Positions 10,135-20,899 of a DNA stretch of 50,975 nt are shown here, piece after piece. The stretch's first letter is position 1. Every line of letters begins with the position of its first letter. The stretch comes from a phage, in the sequence record PZ871100.1; one strand, 5' to 3'. The position numbers and the translations under genes are program-made. The notes under the pieces were generated by a model. It had not been told where the DNA came from. It saw only the letters and a list, made by a program, of their open reading frames with translations, and ran no database searches.

Positions 10135-10452
10135 ATGTCAAAAATGAAATTGACGATTGGGCCGCTTCCTGACTTTAAATTACCAGTGAAATTTGCAATG
10201 CCTAACGGAGAAGATCAAACAATTATCTTCACAGTTCGCCACCGCAAAACAAGTGAGATTCACGAGCGCTACACGTCAGATACTCCAATGAGCGATGTTG
10301 AAATGATCACCTTCCTTGCTTCTGGTTGGAATCTTGATGATGAATTTAACGAAGAAAATATTAAACAGCTTCTTGATTACTACCCAGCAACAGCAATCGG
10401 ATTAACTAGCGCATACATGAAAGCGCTTGCTGGGCAGCGAGTAAAAAACTAA
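10135..10452 (+). CDS. tail assembly chaperone (lambda gpG-like)
   Basis: 105 aa; ends at slippery heptamer A AAA AAC; followed by -1 frame ORF. Confidence 0.7.
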   Translation: MSKMKLTIGPLPDFKLPVKFAMPNGEDQTIIFTVRHRKTSEIHERYTSDTPMSDVEMITFLASGWNLDDEFNEENIKQLLDYYPATAIGLTSAYMKALAGQRVKN

Positions 10453-10763
10453 AAAGGGCGGTTTACCTGTTTTATCAGAAACCGCCGACAGATGCAGAGC
10501 TTGAGGCCGTTGGCCTTACAAGGGCAGACTATGAAGGAGAAGATCCGCCAGAGGTTATATTTGATGAAAGCATGATGCAATCATGGGATATATTTTGCGC
10601 AATGCAAACGCAATGGAGATGTTCTGGCGGTGGCGCTTACGGATTTGATTATAATGTCTTGCCTATGCTTTTTGAGATTTACAAGGTTGAGGATCGCGAG
10701 ATGGCGCTAAACGACTTGCGAATAATGGAGCAAAAAGCACTTGAAATGATGCATTCAAAATAA
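10135..10763 (+). CDS. tail assembly chaperone frameshift product (gpGT-like), -1 slip at 10443-10449
   Basis: Frame -1 is open from 10443 to the TAA at 10761-10763 (codons read out by hand); classic position upstream of tape measure. Confidence 0.6.
10443..10449 (+). other. programmed -1 ribosomal frameshift slippery site AAAAAAC
   Basis: X XXY YYZ heptamer in zero frame 2 codons before the chaperone stop. Confidence 0.6.
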
Positions 10764-10784
10764 GCGCCTACGGGCGCTTTTTTA
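10763..10784 (+). terminator. terminator-like hairpin after chaperone ORFs
   Basis: AGCGCC tacg GGCGCT then TTTTTT. Confidence 0.55.
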
Positions 10785-10802
10785 TTACCTGGAGGATTAA
10801 TA

Positions 10803-13475
10803 ATGTCAGAACAATACGCAGGTTTGACGCTTGGGGTTGACGTTTCTCAACTCAACAATGCTGTAAAGTCTTTGCAGCAATTCAAGAAGGCAAACGACGA
10901 CGCAAAGGGGAGCGTTGAGAGTTTTGTTGATTCAGAGGTTGTTGCAAGACAAAGAGCCAAACAACTGGCTGAGGAATTGGCAAATCAGAAGCAAGAATTT
11001 AAAGCAATTCAGTCGGCAATAGATCCGACAGCAAGCAAAATGGATAAGTTGCGCCAGGCTGCGACACAGCTTGATGCGCTTTGGAAAAAAGGAATTGTGC
11101 CTGATGATACATTCTTTGAGTTAGGATCAATTCTTGAGACGCAGCAAAATAAACTGATCGCAACTAAAAAGGCACTAACTGAAGAAGGCCGCGCAGCGCT
11201 TGAGGAAGCAAAAAATAAGGCAAGAGCAGAGGCTGAGGCAAGAAAGTTCATTGCGGCATTGCAGGCGCAAGCTGACGCAGCGGAAAAAACAAAATCAGAG
11301 CTTGTAGAAATGAGAGCCGCACAACTTGGAGTTAGTGCAGAGGCCGCGCCATTTATTGCAAAAATGAAGGAGCAGGAAAAACAAGCCTCAAAACTTGGCG
11401 TTTCTATGGGGCAGTACAAGCAAGCAATGGCGCAATTGCCAATGCAGATTACTGACGTTGTTACTTCTCTTGCTTCAGGTATGCCAGTATGGATGATCGC
11501 AATCCAGCAGGGCGGGCAAATCAAGGACTCATTTGGCGGTGTTGCTAACACGTTTAAAGCGCTAATGACATTTGTCACGCCTTTAAGTGTAGGAATGACG
11601 GCGCTGACTGGTGCTCTTGGTTATGCTGCATATAATGCATACAAAGCAAATGCACAACTGAAGGAGATCACAAAAACCGTTCAGGAGGCAACTGGTCTTT
11701 CTGGTGATTTTGCGGAGCGGATTGCAACTGGAATCCAGGCGCTATCTGACAAGACAGGTGAGAGCGCCGATAATCTGGCAAAGGCATACATAAGCACTAA
11801 GGATGGAGCAACCGAGGCCATACAAAAACTCGTCGATGTTGGGTTTACCTATGACGAAGCAAAGGTAAAGGTAAACGAATACAAGAATGCATCAAGTTTT
11901 GTAAGTCTCAACAATGAGATTGCTGATCACAAAAACAAGGTTCTTGAGCTTGGCGATTCGTGGTATGAAGTCTTAAAAGCGAAGAATGATTATGCTTCAC
12001 CGTCCGGCGGGCTGTTGGGGAAAGAGCTTGGTTATGTAAATCCTATGTTGCAATTTGCGAAGAACACCTATGAGGATATAGGAAAGATCGTAAAAGATGC
12101 TAATAAGGATATGGCGGAACGAGCAGCACGCATCGACAGAGAAAATCTTTCCTTAAACAGAGTTCGAGCGGCGCAAGAGGCTTTAAACAAAGCCATAGAG
12201 GATCAGAAAAATGTAGCAAGGACAGCAGACGAAGAGTTGAAAAAACGAGCATCCGAGAACGTTGAGTTCAGGAGAAAAGAGCTTGAAGAGGCGAAGAAGG
12301 CACAGCAGCAAAAGGAGAAAGTTGGCGGAGTTGTAAAAGCACCAACAGAGCAGCTTGATAAGGAGCTATATGTGCTCAAGGCGCAACTTGAAACGCTGAA
12401 AGAGCACCGAACTGTAAATGATGTTATTTCACGCCAGAGGCAATCTTTGTGGAGTATTGAAAAGCAGATCCAGATCCTGGAGGAAGCGCAAAGCAAACGT
12501 AAGCTGACAAAAGCGGAACAGGCGTTACTAAACGAGCAAAAAACAGTTCTTGCCATGGCAAAAGAAAAGGCCGAGATAGGCGATCAGATTGTTTTGCAAC
12601 AGAGAAAGAACAAGCAATACCAGGAAGGGCTTAAATTCATTCAGCAAACATCGGATGCTATTGACGCTATGAACTTGCGACAGTCTGGAGCTACAGACCT
12701 GCAAATCCAGAGAGAGCTTGAGTTGAAGAAGTTGCGAACTGATTATGTTGCTGGCGGAGGTAGTATCGACGATGAAATTTATCAGCAGATGGAAGCAAAG
12801 CTGAAGGAGTATTACGCCACTGAGGATCAGCTTAGAAATAACTGGATTGCAGGAGCAAAAAACGCATGGGAGGTTTACGGACAAGATGCAATGGATATGT
12901 ACGGCAACGTGCAAGATATTGCAAGTGAGGCGCTCAACGGTCTAACCAACCAAATGGCTACATTCCTTGCAACAGGAAAGGCAAACTTTAAGAGCTTCGC
13001 AACGTCAATCATCCAAATGATTATCCAGATGATCACGAAGATGGTTATCTTTAATGCCATATCTGGTGCGATTGGCGGTGACACTTGGACGATTGGAAGC
13101 CTTCTTAAAAATGTTGGATTTGCAACTGGTGGATACACTGGAGACGGCGGGAAGTATGAGCCAGCAGGTGTTGTTCATAAAGGCGAGTTTGTCATGACGA
13201 AGGAGGCCACGAAGCGGATCGGAGTTGGAAATCTTTACAAAATGATGCGAGGTTATGCAAATGGCGGCGTTGTTGGCGGCACTTCATACACTGGCGGCGG
13301 AGTTTCATCTGGAGCAACAAATCTTAATATTGGCGGGATCAGCGTTGATATTAACAACGGAAGCGATCCGAAAGGGTTGGAGACTGGCGTAAAAATGATT
13401 TTCACTGATATGATTAAGCGTTCCTGTACGCAGGGTGGGGAAGTTTACGAATTTGTTATGTCTAAGCGGGGGTGA
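10803..13475 (+). CDS. tail tape measure protein
   Basis: 890 aa, long coiled-coil/Ala-Lys-Glu-rich regions, C-terminal glycine-rich region; canonical position. Confidence 0.9.
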   Translation: MSEQYAGLTLGVDVSQLNNAVKSLQQFKKANDDAKGSVESFVDSEVVARQRAKQLAEELANQKQEFKAIQSAIDPTASKMDKLRQAATQLDALWKKGIVPDDTFFELGSILETQQNKLIATKKALTEEGRAALEEAKNKARAEAEARKFIAALQAQADAAEKTKSELVEMRAAQLGVSAEAAPFIAKMKEQEKQASKLGVSMGQYKQAMAQLPMQITDVVTSLASGMPVWMIAIQQGGQIKDSFGGVANTFKALMTFVTPLSVGMTALTGALGYAAYNAYKANAQLKEITKTVQEATGLSGDFAERIATGIQALSDKTGESADNLAKAYISTKDGATEAIQKLVDVGFTYDEAKVKVNEYKNASSFVSLNNEIADHKNKVLELGDSWYEVLKAKNDYASPSGGLLGKELGYVNPMLQFAKNTYEDIGKIVKDANKDMAERAARIDRENLSLNRVRAAQEALNKAIEDQKNVARTADEELKKRASENVEFRRKELEEAKKAQQQKEKVGGVVKAPTEQLDKELYVLKAQLETLKEHRTVNDVISRQRQSLWSIEKQIQILEEAQSKRKLTKAEQALLNEQKTVLAMAKEKAEIGDQIVLQQRKNKQYQEGLKFIQQTSDAIDAMNLRQSGATDLQIQRELELKKLRTDYVAGGGSIDDEIYQQMEAKLKEYYATEDQLRNNWIAGAKNAWEVYGQDAMDMYGNVQDIASEALNGLTNQMATFLATGKANFKSFATSIIQMIIQMITKMVIFNAISGAIGGDTWTIGSLLKNVGFATGGYTGDGGKYEPAGVVHKGEFVMTKEATKRIGVGNLYKMMRGYANGGVVGGTSYTGGGVSSGATNLNIGGISVDINNGSDPKGLETGVKMIFTDMIKRSCTQGGEVYEFVMSKRG

Positions 13476-13477
13476 TA

Positions 13478-13828
13478 GTGAAACTTGAGCAATTCAAATG
13501 GTGTACGCAAACGCAAGGAGGCGGCGGCACTATGACCACATCAAATAACGACAGGGAAATCTCATTTGGTAATGGTTACACGCAGGTTGCGTCAGGAGGG
13601 TTTAACACGGTACGCAGGGAGTTTTCCATTGTCTATGTTGGCAAGGATTACAGAAACGTTGTTGACTTCCTGAATGGACACAGGCTGAAGCCGTTTTTAT
13701 GGTTTATGCCTGACGGTCAACCTGGTCTATTCAGGGTAAAATCTGGTAGCGTTGGATTAACTCCAATATCAGCAACCGTTCAGGAAGTGAAAGCAACATT
13801 TACTGAGCAATTTACATCAATGCAATAA
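13478..13828 (+). CDS. minor tail protein (lambda gpM-like)
   Basis: GTG start proposed; N-terminus KLEQFKW...FGNGYTQVA resembles lambda M (MKTFRWK...FGDGYSQRA, recalled from memory). Confidence 0.65.
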   Translation: MKLEQFKWCTQTQGGGGTMTTSNNDREISFGNGYTQVASGGFNTVRREFSIVYVGKDYRNVVDFLNGHRLKPFLWFMPDGQPGLFRVKSGSVGLTPISATVQEVKATFTEQFTSMQ

Positions 13829-13832
13829 TTCA

Positions 13833-13856
13833 AGCCGCCTTTGTGCGGCTTTTTTA
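13833..13856 (+). terminator. terminator-like hairpin
   Basis: AGCCGC ctttgt GCGGCT then TTTTTT. Confidence 0.55.
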
Positions 13857-13889
13857 TTGATGATACAATGCACGAAAGGAGGTGCAATT

Positions 13890-14651
13890 ATGGCTAATGA
13901 AACAACAGGTCGCGCGGATCTTGAAAATTGTCTGCAAAGCCTTTACCCTGGCGAGATTATCACGCTAATTGAGATTGACGGCACAAAGTTTGGCGCAAAC
14001 ATTTACCGCATACACAATGAGAACATCTCATACACTGCGGAAGAATTATTGCAGGCGCGAGAAACTGGAGTTCTTCCGCCGAAAGAGATTACATTCCGTG
14101 GCGAGGTTTACGGCGCGCGCCCGTTTGGAATATCTGGAATCAACTTCACAAGCAACGGAAAGGCTGATAAGCCACAATTGATACTATCAAACCTTGATAG
14201 CCAGGTGAGCGCGATGATTCGCAACTTTAACGGCATGATGCAAGCTAAGGTTACAATTTGGATCACGCCAGCGGAATTAATGGGGAAAGATGGCAGCATT
14301 AAAGATGGAGCCTCAAGAAAGCTGGTTTACTACATTGAGCGCCCAAGCCATTACAATAGAATGATGGCGAAATTTGACCTGACATCGCCTTATGATATGG
14401 ATGGAATAATGATTCCTCCGCGAATAACTCAAAGCGTTTGTTATTGGGCGCAGCGTGGATGGTATCGAAGCGGAAAAGGTTGCGGATACAATGGATCGCG
14501 AATTTTTGACAAAGACAACAATCCTGTAACCGATCCATCTCAAGACTTTTGCGCCGGAACTGTAACAGCGTGCAAACTTCGTTTTGGTGCAGATAAGCAG
14601 CTTGATTTTGGCGGCGCACCAGTAGCAAGCCTGTTAAGGAGAAATCAGTGA
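13890..14651 (+). CDS. minor tail protein (lambda gpL-like)
   Basis: ATG 13890 with AAGGAGG RBS; C-terminal Cys cluster (CYW...CGYNG...C...C...C) like gpL. Confidence 0.8.
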   Translation: MANETTGRADLENCLQSLYPGEIITLIEIDGTKFGANIYRIHNENISYTAEELLQARETGVLPPKEITFRGEVYGARPFGISGINFTSNGKADKPQLILSNLDSQVSAMIRNFNGMMQAKVTIWITPAELMGKDGSIKDGASRKLVYYIERPSHYNRMMAKFDLTSPYDMDGIMIPPRITQSVCYWAQRGWYRSGKGCGYNGSRIFDKDNNPVTDPSQDFCAGTVTACKLRFGADKQLDFGGAPVASLLRRNQ

Positions 14652-15382
14652 TGATTAGTGCAAAAATAAAACTTGAAATAATGCAGCACGTAAAAGATGA
14701 ATACCCGCGCGAGGCGTGCGGGGTTATCACTCAAAAATCACGCGTGCAAAAATACCACCGCATAACCAACGTGCATGATGATCCTGAAAATCATTTTGAG
14801 ATGAACGCAATTGAATACGTTGAGGCGTGTGAAAGTGGCGAGCTTATTGCTGTTGTGCATAGCCACACTGGAGACGGGGCAAGTACAATTCCAAGCGCCC
14901 ATGATACATGCATGTGTGATGAGATGGGTGTTTCATGGGTTATTGTGTCATGGCCCGAAGGTGATATGAGAATCATTGAGCCTGAATCTCGTCCTCTGAT
15001 TGGTCGCCCGTGGTCGCTTGGGGCGTATGATTGCTGGGGGCTTATTATGGCATGGCATAAGCAACATGGCGTTATCCTGAATGATTTCAGGAAACCATAT
15101 GAATGGTGGAAGCATGAGCACGGCGAAAATCTTTACCAGGAGAATTATCTGAAAGAGGGTTTTGTTGAAACAGGAGAGCCGCCAAAACCTGGTGATATGG
15201 TTATCTTTCAGCTTTCCGCGCCAGTGTGGAATCATGCAGGCATTTATCTTGGAAACAATCAGTTGCTTCATCATGCCTTTGGCAAGTTGTCAAGGGTTGA
15301 TTTGTATTCTGGATGGTATCAGGAACATGCAAAAATGGTTTGTAGACATAAGGATCTGAAATATGACTTTGAAGGTAATTAA
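14651..15382 (+). CDS. tail assembly protein (lambda gpK-like; JAB/MPN + NlpC/P60)
   Basis: EACG and HSHTG..S..D JAMM motifs; YDCWGL and NHAGIY NlpC/P60-like motifs. Confidence 0.85.
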   Translation: MISAKIKLEIMQHVKDEYPREACGVITQKSRVQKYHRITNVHDDPENHFEMNAIEYVEACESGELIAVVHSHTGDGASTIPSAHDTCMCDEMGVSWVIVSWPEGDMRIIEPESRPLIGRPWSLGAYDCWGLIMAWHKQHGVILNDFRKPYEWWKHEHGENLYQENYLKEGFVETGEPPKPGDMVIFQLSAPVWNHAGIYLGNNQLLHHAFGKLSRVDLYSGWYQEHAKMVCRHKDLKYDFEGN

Positions 15383-15959
15383 ATTATCTGGATCTTTAGG
15401 CCGAAGATTTGGAGTATTTCATAAGCTGGCTGTTGATTCATACCCCGAAGCAATACGCGCACTATCTTCGCAGGTGGAAGGATTCAAGGACTACATGCAA
15501 AGCGAAGTAGGATCGCGAATGCGTTACGCTGTATTTGTTGACGGTAATAATGTAGGGCAGCACGATGAAAAAGCGTGGCAATGTGCAAAGGAAGTGAGGA
15601 TTATTCCAATCCCAACAGGTTCAAAGTCTGGCGGGTTGTTTCAGGTTGTTCTTGGCGCGGTTATTATGGCGACTGCATTTTTCACTGGCGGCGCTTCACT
15701 TGCGTTGATGGGTGCTTTTGCATCGTCTGCTTTCATGATGGGTGGAGCAATGGTACTTGGCGGAGTAATGCAAATGATTTCACCGCAGCAAGGCGGATCA
15801 AGATTGTCCTCGCAGTCAGCAGAAAACAAACCGTCTTATGCTTTCGGTGGCGCTGTTAACACAACGGCAGCAGGATACCCAATACCATTGCCATATGGTC
15901 AAAGGACAGTTGGGGGAGCTATCTGGTCGGCTGGCAGCTATGCAGAAGATAAGGCTTAA
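15363..15959 (+). CDS. tail assembly protein (lambda gpI-like)
   Basis: 198 aa; hydrophobic Gly/Ala/Met-rich core typical of gpI; overlaps gpK-like stop. Confidence 0.75.
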   Translation: MTLKVIKLSGSLGRRFGVFHKLAVDSYPEAIRALSSQVEGFKDYMQSEVGSRMRYAVFVDGNNVGQHDEKAWQCAKEVRIIPIPTGSKSGGLFQVVLGAVIMATAFFTGGASLALMGAFASSAFMMGGAMVLGGVMQMISPQQGGSRLSSQSAENKPSYAFGGAVNTTAAGYPIPLPYGQRTVGGAIWSAGSYAEDKA

Positions 15960-15968
15960 TATAAAAGA

Positions 15969-15993
15969 GTCGCGCGTTGCGCGGCTTTTTTTT
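15969..15993 (+). terminator. terminator-like hairpin before gpJ-like gene
   Basis: GTCGCGC gtt GCGCGGC then 8 T. Confidence 0.55.
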
Positions 15994-16038
15994 GCCCGTA
16001 TAATTCAACAAATCAAATAGCACAAAAGGTGAAAAAGC

Positions 16039-19000
16039 ATGGCTGAAAATATGATAACGGGCAGTAAGGGTGGATCATCAAAACCTTATGTGCCGAAAGA
16101 GATGGAAGATAACCTGATCTCAATCAACAAAATCAAAATCCTTCTTGCCGTTTCCGATGGTGAGTGCGATCCAGATTTCACGCTTCGCGATCTGTATCTC
16201 GATGATGTTCCGGTAATTGCAGATGATGGAACTGTTAACTATCAGGGTGTGAAAGCTGAATTTCGACCTGGAACGCAGACGCAAGATTACATCCAGGGGT
16301 TTACTGACACATCAAGCGAAGTGACGCTGGCGCGTGACATTACGACAACAAATCCTTATGTAATTTCCGTAACCAACAAAACATTATCGGCTATCAGAAT
16401 AAAAATGCTAATGCCAACAGGCATTAAGCAAGAGGATAACGGCGATCTTGTCGGCGTTAAGGTTACTTATGCTGTTGATATGGCTGTTGACGGAGACTCT
16501 TACAAAGAAGTATTGCGAGACACTATCGAAGGTAAAACGCGATCAGGTTACGACAGAAGCAGAAGGATTGACCTTCCGGCATTTAATGATCGCGTATTAC
16601 TTAGGGTTAGAAGGGTTACGGCAGACAGCACATCCTCTCGTGTTACTGATCTGATTAAACTACAAAGTTACGCTGAGGTTATTGATGCAAAATTCCGTTA
16701 TCCTCTGACTGGTCTTGTATACGTTGAATTTGACAGTGAGTTGTTCCCTAACCAGATCCCTAACATTTCAATCAAGAAGAAATGGAAGTTGATTAATGTT
16801 CCTAGCAATTACGATCCGGTAATGCGAGAGTATCACGGTTCATGGGATGGTACGTTCAAGAAAGCGTGGTCGAACAATCCGGCGTGGGTACTTTATGACA
16901 TTATCACAAACCAGCGATACGGATTAGATCAGCGAGAGCTTGGTGTACAGGTTGATAAATGGAGTCTTTACGAAGCGGCGCAATACTGCGATCAGAAAGT
17001 TCCTGGCGGGAAAGGCGGTACAGAGCCGCGTTATCTATGCGACGTTGTGATTCAAAGCCAGATTGAGGCTTATCAGCTTATTCGTGATATTTGCTCAATC
17101 TTCAGAGGCATGAGCTTTTGGAATGGAGAGAGCTTGTCAATCGTCATTGATAAGCCGCGCGATCCGTCGTACATCTTCACAAATGACAATGTTGTTGATG
17201 GTGATTTTCAGTACACAACAGCAAGTGAAAAGAGCATGTACACGCAGTGCAACGTGACGTTCGATGACGAACAAAACATGTATCAACAGGACGTAGAGGG
17301 TGTATTCGACACAGAGGCCGCATTGCGATTTGGATACAATCCTACAAGCATAACCGCGATCGGATGTACACGCAGGAGTGAGGCTAATCGGCGCGGTCGA
17401 TGGATACTAAAAACCAACTTGCGCAGCACTACGGTAAACTTTGCTACTGGACTGGAAGGCATGATCCCATCAATAGGTGATGTGATTGCTATTGCTGACA
17501 ACTTTCACAGCAGCAACCTTAAATTAAACCTATCAGGGCGCGTGATGGAAGTTTCCGGCTTGCAGGTGTTCGTTCCGTTTAAGATTGACGCGCGACCAGG
17601 TGATTTCATTATCATCAACAAGCCGGACGGAAAGCCAGTTAAGCGCACAATCTCAAAAGTAAGCGGCGACGGAAAAACCATTGAACTAAACATTGGGTTT
17701 GGGTTTGAAGTTAAACCGGATACAGTTTTTGCAATCGACCGCACTGATATTGCATTGCAGCAATACGTTGTAACGAGTATCGGCAAAGGTGATGATGATG
17801 ATGAATTTACATACTCCATCACGGCTGTTGAATATGACCCGAACAAATACGACGAGATTGATTATGGAGTAAATATTGACGACAGGCCAACTTCAATTGT
17901 CCAGCCTGACACAATGGCAGCGCCTGAAAATGTGCAAATATCCTCATACTCGCGAATTGTCCAGGGTGCAAGCGTTGAAACAATGGTTGTGTCGTGGGAT
18001 AAAGTACCTTACGCATCGCTGTATGAAATGCAATGGCGAAAAGGTGATGGCAACTGGCTGAATACACCACAGACCGCAAACAAAGAAATTGAGGTTGAAG
18101 GTATTTATTCGGGAAACTACCAGGTAAGGGTTAGATCTGTTTCTGCTTCAGGTTCTACTTCTCCGTGGTCCAGAATTGTAACAGCCTCACTGACAGGTAA
18201 GGTAGGAGAGCCAGGCGCTCCAGTTAACTTAACCGCATCCGACAATGAGGTGTTTGGCATTCGTGTTAAGTGGGGGATGCCAGAAGGGAGCGGAGACACG
18301 GCATACATTGAACTTCATCAGTCGCCAGATGGAACAGCGGAAAACTCAAGCCTGTTAACGCTGATCCCATATCCACAATATGAATACTGGCACGGTACGC
18401 TTCCGGCTGGTCATGTTGTCTGGTATAGAATCCGCAGCGTTGACAGAATCGGCAACGTTTCCGGCTGGACTGATTTTGTTAGAGGCATGGCTTCAGATGA
18501 TGTGGAGGCTGTTTTAGGTGATATTCTTGATAAGATTTTTGATACAGAAGCAGGCAAGGATCTGAAAGAGAATGCCATTGATAGCGCAAACAAAATCAAG
18601 GATCAGGCACAAAGCATCATTCAAAACGCATTGGCGAATGATGCAGACGTTAGGATTATGAGGAAGGAAAACGGAAAACGCAAAGCCGAGTTTAGACAAT
18701 CAATCCAATTGATCGCAAGTGAAACTGAAGCGCGCGTCACAGCAATGACACAACTCAAGGCTGAATTTGACGAGGAAATAACTAGCGAAGTAACGAGGCT
18801 TGATCAGGCAATTGCAACAGAATCGGAAACGCGAGCCACAGCCATTGAGGAATTGAAATCACAGATTGGAGATGATATTCAGGGGCAATTAACGAGAGTT
18901 GAGGAGGCGATTGCAAGCGAAACAGAGGCGCGCGTTTCGGCTGATACAGCATTAACAGCGAAGTTTGGAGATGTTGAATCAGCGCTGACCGAGAAACTTG

Positions 19001-19464
19001 ATTCATGGGCTGGCGTTAATGGAGTTGGCGCACAGTACGCAATGAAACTTGGATTGACATACAACGGGCAGAAGTACAGCGCCGGAATGGTCATGCAGTT
19101 ATCAAACAGCAATCAAGGGTTGATATCACAAATCCTGTTTGATGCTGGAAGATTTGCGATCATGACGAGTTCTACTGGAGGTTCGTATACATTGCCTTTT
19201 GTGGTCGAAAATAACCAAGTTTTCATTAACAGCCTGTTAGTGAAAGACGGATCAATCACAAACGCCATGATCGGTAACTTCATCCAATCAAACAATTACG
19301 TTTGGAATCAAACAGGATGGAGGCTTGATAAAAACGGCACGTTTGAAAATTATGGTTCTACTCCTGGAGAGGGAGCCATGAAAATGACAAACGAAACGAT
19401 CAGTGTTAGGGATGCAAACGGCGTTTTGCGTGTTCAGATTGGTAGGCTGACTGGTACGTGGTAA
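16039..19464 (+). CDS. central tail fiber / host specificity protein (lambda gpJ-like)
   Basis: 1141 aa directly after gpI-like gene; large multidomain protein. Confidence 0.85.
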   Translation: MAENMITGSKGGSSKPYVPKEMEDNLISINKIKILLAVSDGECDPDFTLRDLYLDDVPVIADDGTVNYQGVKAEFRPGTQTQDYIQGFTDTSSEVTLARDITTTNPYVISVTNKTLSAIRIKMLMPTGIKQEDNGDLVGVKVTYAVDMAVDGDSYKEVLRDTIEGKTRSGYDRSRRIDLPAFNDRVLLRVRRVTADSTSSRVTDLIKLQSYAEVIDAKFRYPLTGLVYVEFDSELFPNQIPNISIKKKWKLINVPSNYDPVMREYHGSWDGTFKKAWSNNPAWVLYDIITNQRYGLDQRELGVQVDKWSLYEAAQYCDQKVPGGKGGTEPRYLCDVVIQSQIEAYQLIRDICSIFRGMSFWNGESLSIVIDKPRDPSYIFTNDNVVDGDFQYTTASEKSMYTQCNVTFDDEQNMYQQDVEGVFDTEAALRFGYNPTSITAIGCTRRSEANRRGRWILKTNLRSTTVNFATGLEGMIPSIGDVIAIADNFHSSNLKLNLSGRVMEVSGLQVFVPFKIDARPGDFIIINKPDGKPVKRTISKVSGDGKTIELNIGFGFEVKPDTVFAIDRTDIALQQYVVTSIGKGDDDDEFTYSITAVEYDPNKYDEIDYGVNIDDRPTSIVQPDTMAAPENVQISSYSRIVQGASVETMVVSWDKVPYASLYEMQWRKGDGNWLNTPQTANKEIEVEGIYSGNYQVRVRSVSASGSTSPWSRIVTASLTGKVGEPGAPVNLTASDNEVFGIRVKWGMPEGSGDTAYIELHQSPDGTAENSSLLTLIPYPQYEYWHGTLPAGHVVWYRIRSVDRIGNVSGWTDFVRGMASDDVEAVLGDILDKIFDTEAGKDLKENAIDSANKIKDQAQSIIQNALANDADVRIMRKENGKRKAEFRQSIQLIASETEARVTAMTQLKAEFDEEITSEVTRLDQAIATESETRATAIEELKSQIGDDIQGQLTRVEEAIASETEARVSADTALTAKFGDVESALTEKLDSWAGVNGVGAQYAMKLGLTYNGQKYSAGMVMQLSNSNQGLISQILFDAGRFAIMTSSTGGSYTLPFVVENNQVFINSLLVKDGSITNAMIGNFIQSNNYVWNQTGWRLDKNGTFENYGSTPGEGAMKMTNETISVRDANGVLRVQIGRLTGTW

Positions 19465-19471
19465 AATCAAA

Positions 19472-19494
19472 GCGGGGCTTTTGCCCCGCATTTA
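19472..19494 (+). terminator. terminator-like hairpin after gpJ-like gene
   Basis: GCGGGGC tttt GCCCCGC then ATTTA. Confidence 0.5.
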
Positions 19495-19507
19495 TGGAGG
19501 TTTAATA

Positions 19508-19813
19508 ATGGCTGAATATGGGATCTCAACTTGGGATGCAAACGGAAAATATAATAACTACGGGATTAAGCCAGTTTCCGTTGTTGGTGTCATCAGTCTT
19601 GCCGCTGGTCAGACGAGCGGATCGTGGAGCTTTAGCATTCCAAGTGGTTTTAAGGTTGGGTATGTTGTTTCACTTGATGAAGGTGCCAGAGGAGTTGGAA
19701 GGGAAATAGTAGCATCTGGAAATACAATAAGAATTAATCCTACATCGTCAGTTGGTCCAAATAGGTATTCTTCTTCAAAGTGCGAGTTAGTTGTTTTTCT
19801 TGAGAGGGCTTAA
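19508..19813 (+). CDS. hypothetical tail-associated protein
   Basis: ATG 19508 after GGAGG; N-terminus MAEYGISTWDANGK is paralogous to the next gene. Confidence 0.4.
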   Translation: MAEYGISTWDANGKYNNYGIKPVSVVGVISLAAGQTSGSWSFSIPSGFKVGYVVSLDEGARGVGREIVASGNTIRINPTSSVGPNRYSSSKCELVVFLERA

Positions 19814-19814
19814 A

Positions 19815-20456
19815 ATGGCTGAATATGGAGCAATGTTATCATTATCAAATGGGAATCCATTTGTTACACCAAAATCAACGCCATTTTGCTTATATGGCAA
19901 GTACATTTATTCATCTTCTGGTACTTCTGCATATCATAGCGCAAGCGCAAATATACCAGTAAATCAATCTTATCCATGTATGGCATTTATAAAAACAACA
20001 AACACACAACAGCCAACCGCATTAATAGCTTACAGGAACGGTGGCAACATTTATGTAAACGGAGGCAATCCATACGGGCAATCATTTACAATGACTGTTT
20101 ATATATTTGCCATATTCCCTCAAACTCTACCAAAATATGGCATGGCTATATGGGATGCAAGCGGCAAGTTAGTTTTAACTAATGAAAGCAGGGTGCTAAC
20201 AGACCTTGTGACAATTGGTACTCCTGGTTCTTCAGGGGGAACTAATATAGATCAGACATTATCTGGTTCTTATGCCGTTTGCCCATCAAGGCTTGGTGCG
20301 GTTATAGGTATGGGTGCGTCTGACATATATACATCATGCAGGTATGATGGTTCAAGCACAAGGATAGGTGCGGCAAGGACAACTCCAGGAACAGGTTCTA
20401 TAACGAATAACGGAAATTCAATAATTGCCATCAAGACTGATATTTACGACCAATAA
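19815..20456 (+). CDS. hypothetical tail-associated protein (paralogous N-terminus, internal repeat GMAIWDASGK)
   Basis: ATG 19815; MAEYG start and second copy of the WDA-GK segment. Confidence 0.4.
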   Translation: MAEYGAMLSLSNGNPFVTPKSTPFCLYGKYIYSSSGTSAYHSASANIPVNQSYPCMAFIKTTNTQQPTALIAYRNGGNIYVNGGNPYGQSFTMTVYIFAIFPQTLPKYGMAIWDASGKLVLTNESRVLTDLVTIGTPGSSGGTNIDQTLSGSYAVCPSRLGAVIGMGASDIYTSCRYDGSSTRIGAARTTPGTGSITNNGNSIIAIKTDIYDQ

Positions 20457-20484
20457 AAAGGGGCTTTCGCCCCTTTATTTTTAT
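20455..20484. terminator. bidirectional terminator between convergent tail and lipoprotein genes
   Basis: AAAAA GGGGC tttc GCCCC TTTATTTTTATTT. Confidence 0.65.
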
Positions 20485-20712
20485 TTACAGACTGCAATCA
20501 GCGTTTTTAAAGTTGTCAATGCTTACCCACTGAAAATTAAACGGATAGCCAGCCTTAACAAGAGTTCGATCGCCAACTCGTTTTACTCCAAAAATAGCAA
20601 CTGAATACTGCATGCCGCTATTTTCATAAATACCCGTGCATTCACGCTTAGGCATATTTGCGCAACCAGTCAGGGCAACGGCTGCAATCAAAACGGCGAT
20701 TAACTTTTTCAT
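20485..20712 (-). CDS. small lipoprotein, Cor-like superinfection-exclusion candidate
   Basis: 75 aa; signal peptide with lipobox LTGC; convergent with tail genes; own promoter unit. Confidence 0.55.
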   Translation of the reverse strand: MKKLIAVLIAAVALTGCANMPKRECTGIYENSGMQYSVAIFGVKRVGDRTLVKAGYPFNFQWVSIDNFKNADCSL

Positions 20713-20743
20713 CTTTGCGTCTCCTTCGTTGTTGTTGGTTGCA

Positions 20744-20787
20744 ACTATACACGATCTTGCGGTTGGCGTTTAGCAAAAAGTGCTATT
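20744..20787 (-). promoter_or_regulatory. conserved-box promoter-like unit driving Cor-like lipoprotein gene
   Basis: Minus-strand reading AATAGCACTTTTTGCTAAAC then 17 nt then TATAGT (plus 20744-20749). Confidence 0.55.
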
Positions 20788-20899
20788 CTTGTTCTTTTTG
20801 TTATCCGGTGTTCTCAAATCTGCGGAGTCTTAAATTTAGCTCAAAAAGCGAACAACAATAGAGCGCAATACATACAGATAAATATATATACATACATAT

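Noticed and set aside
11009-11578. 189-aa minus-strand ORF inside the tape measure gene (similar antisense ORFs at 12203-13138)
   Set aside because: Antisense to a confidently coding 890-aa gene; Ala/Ser-rich low-complexity translation that mirrors the coiled-coil codons; no RBS.
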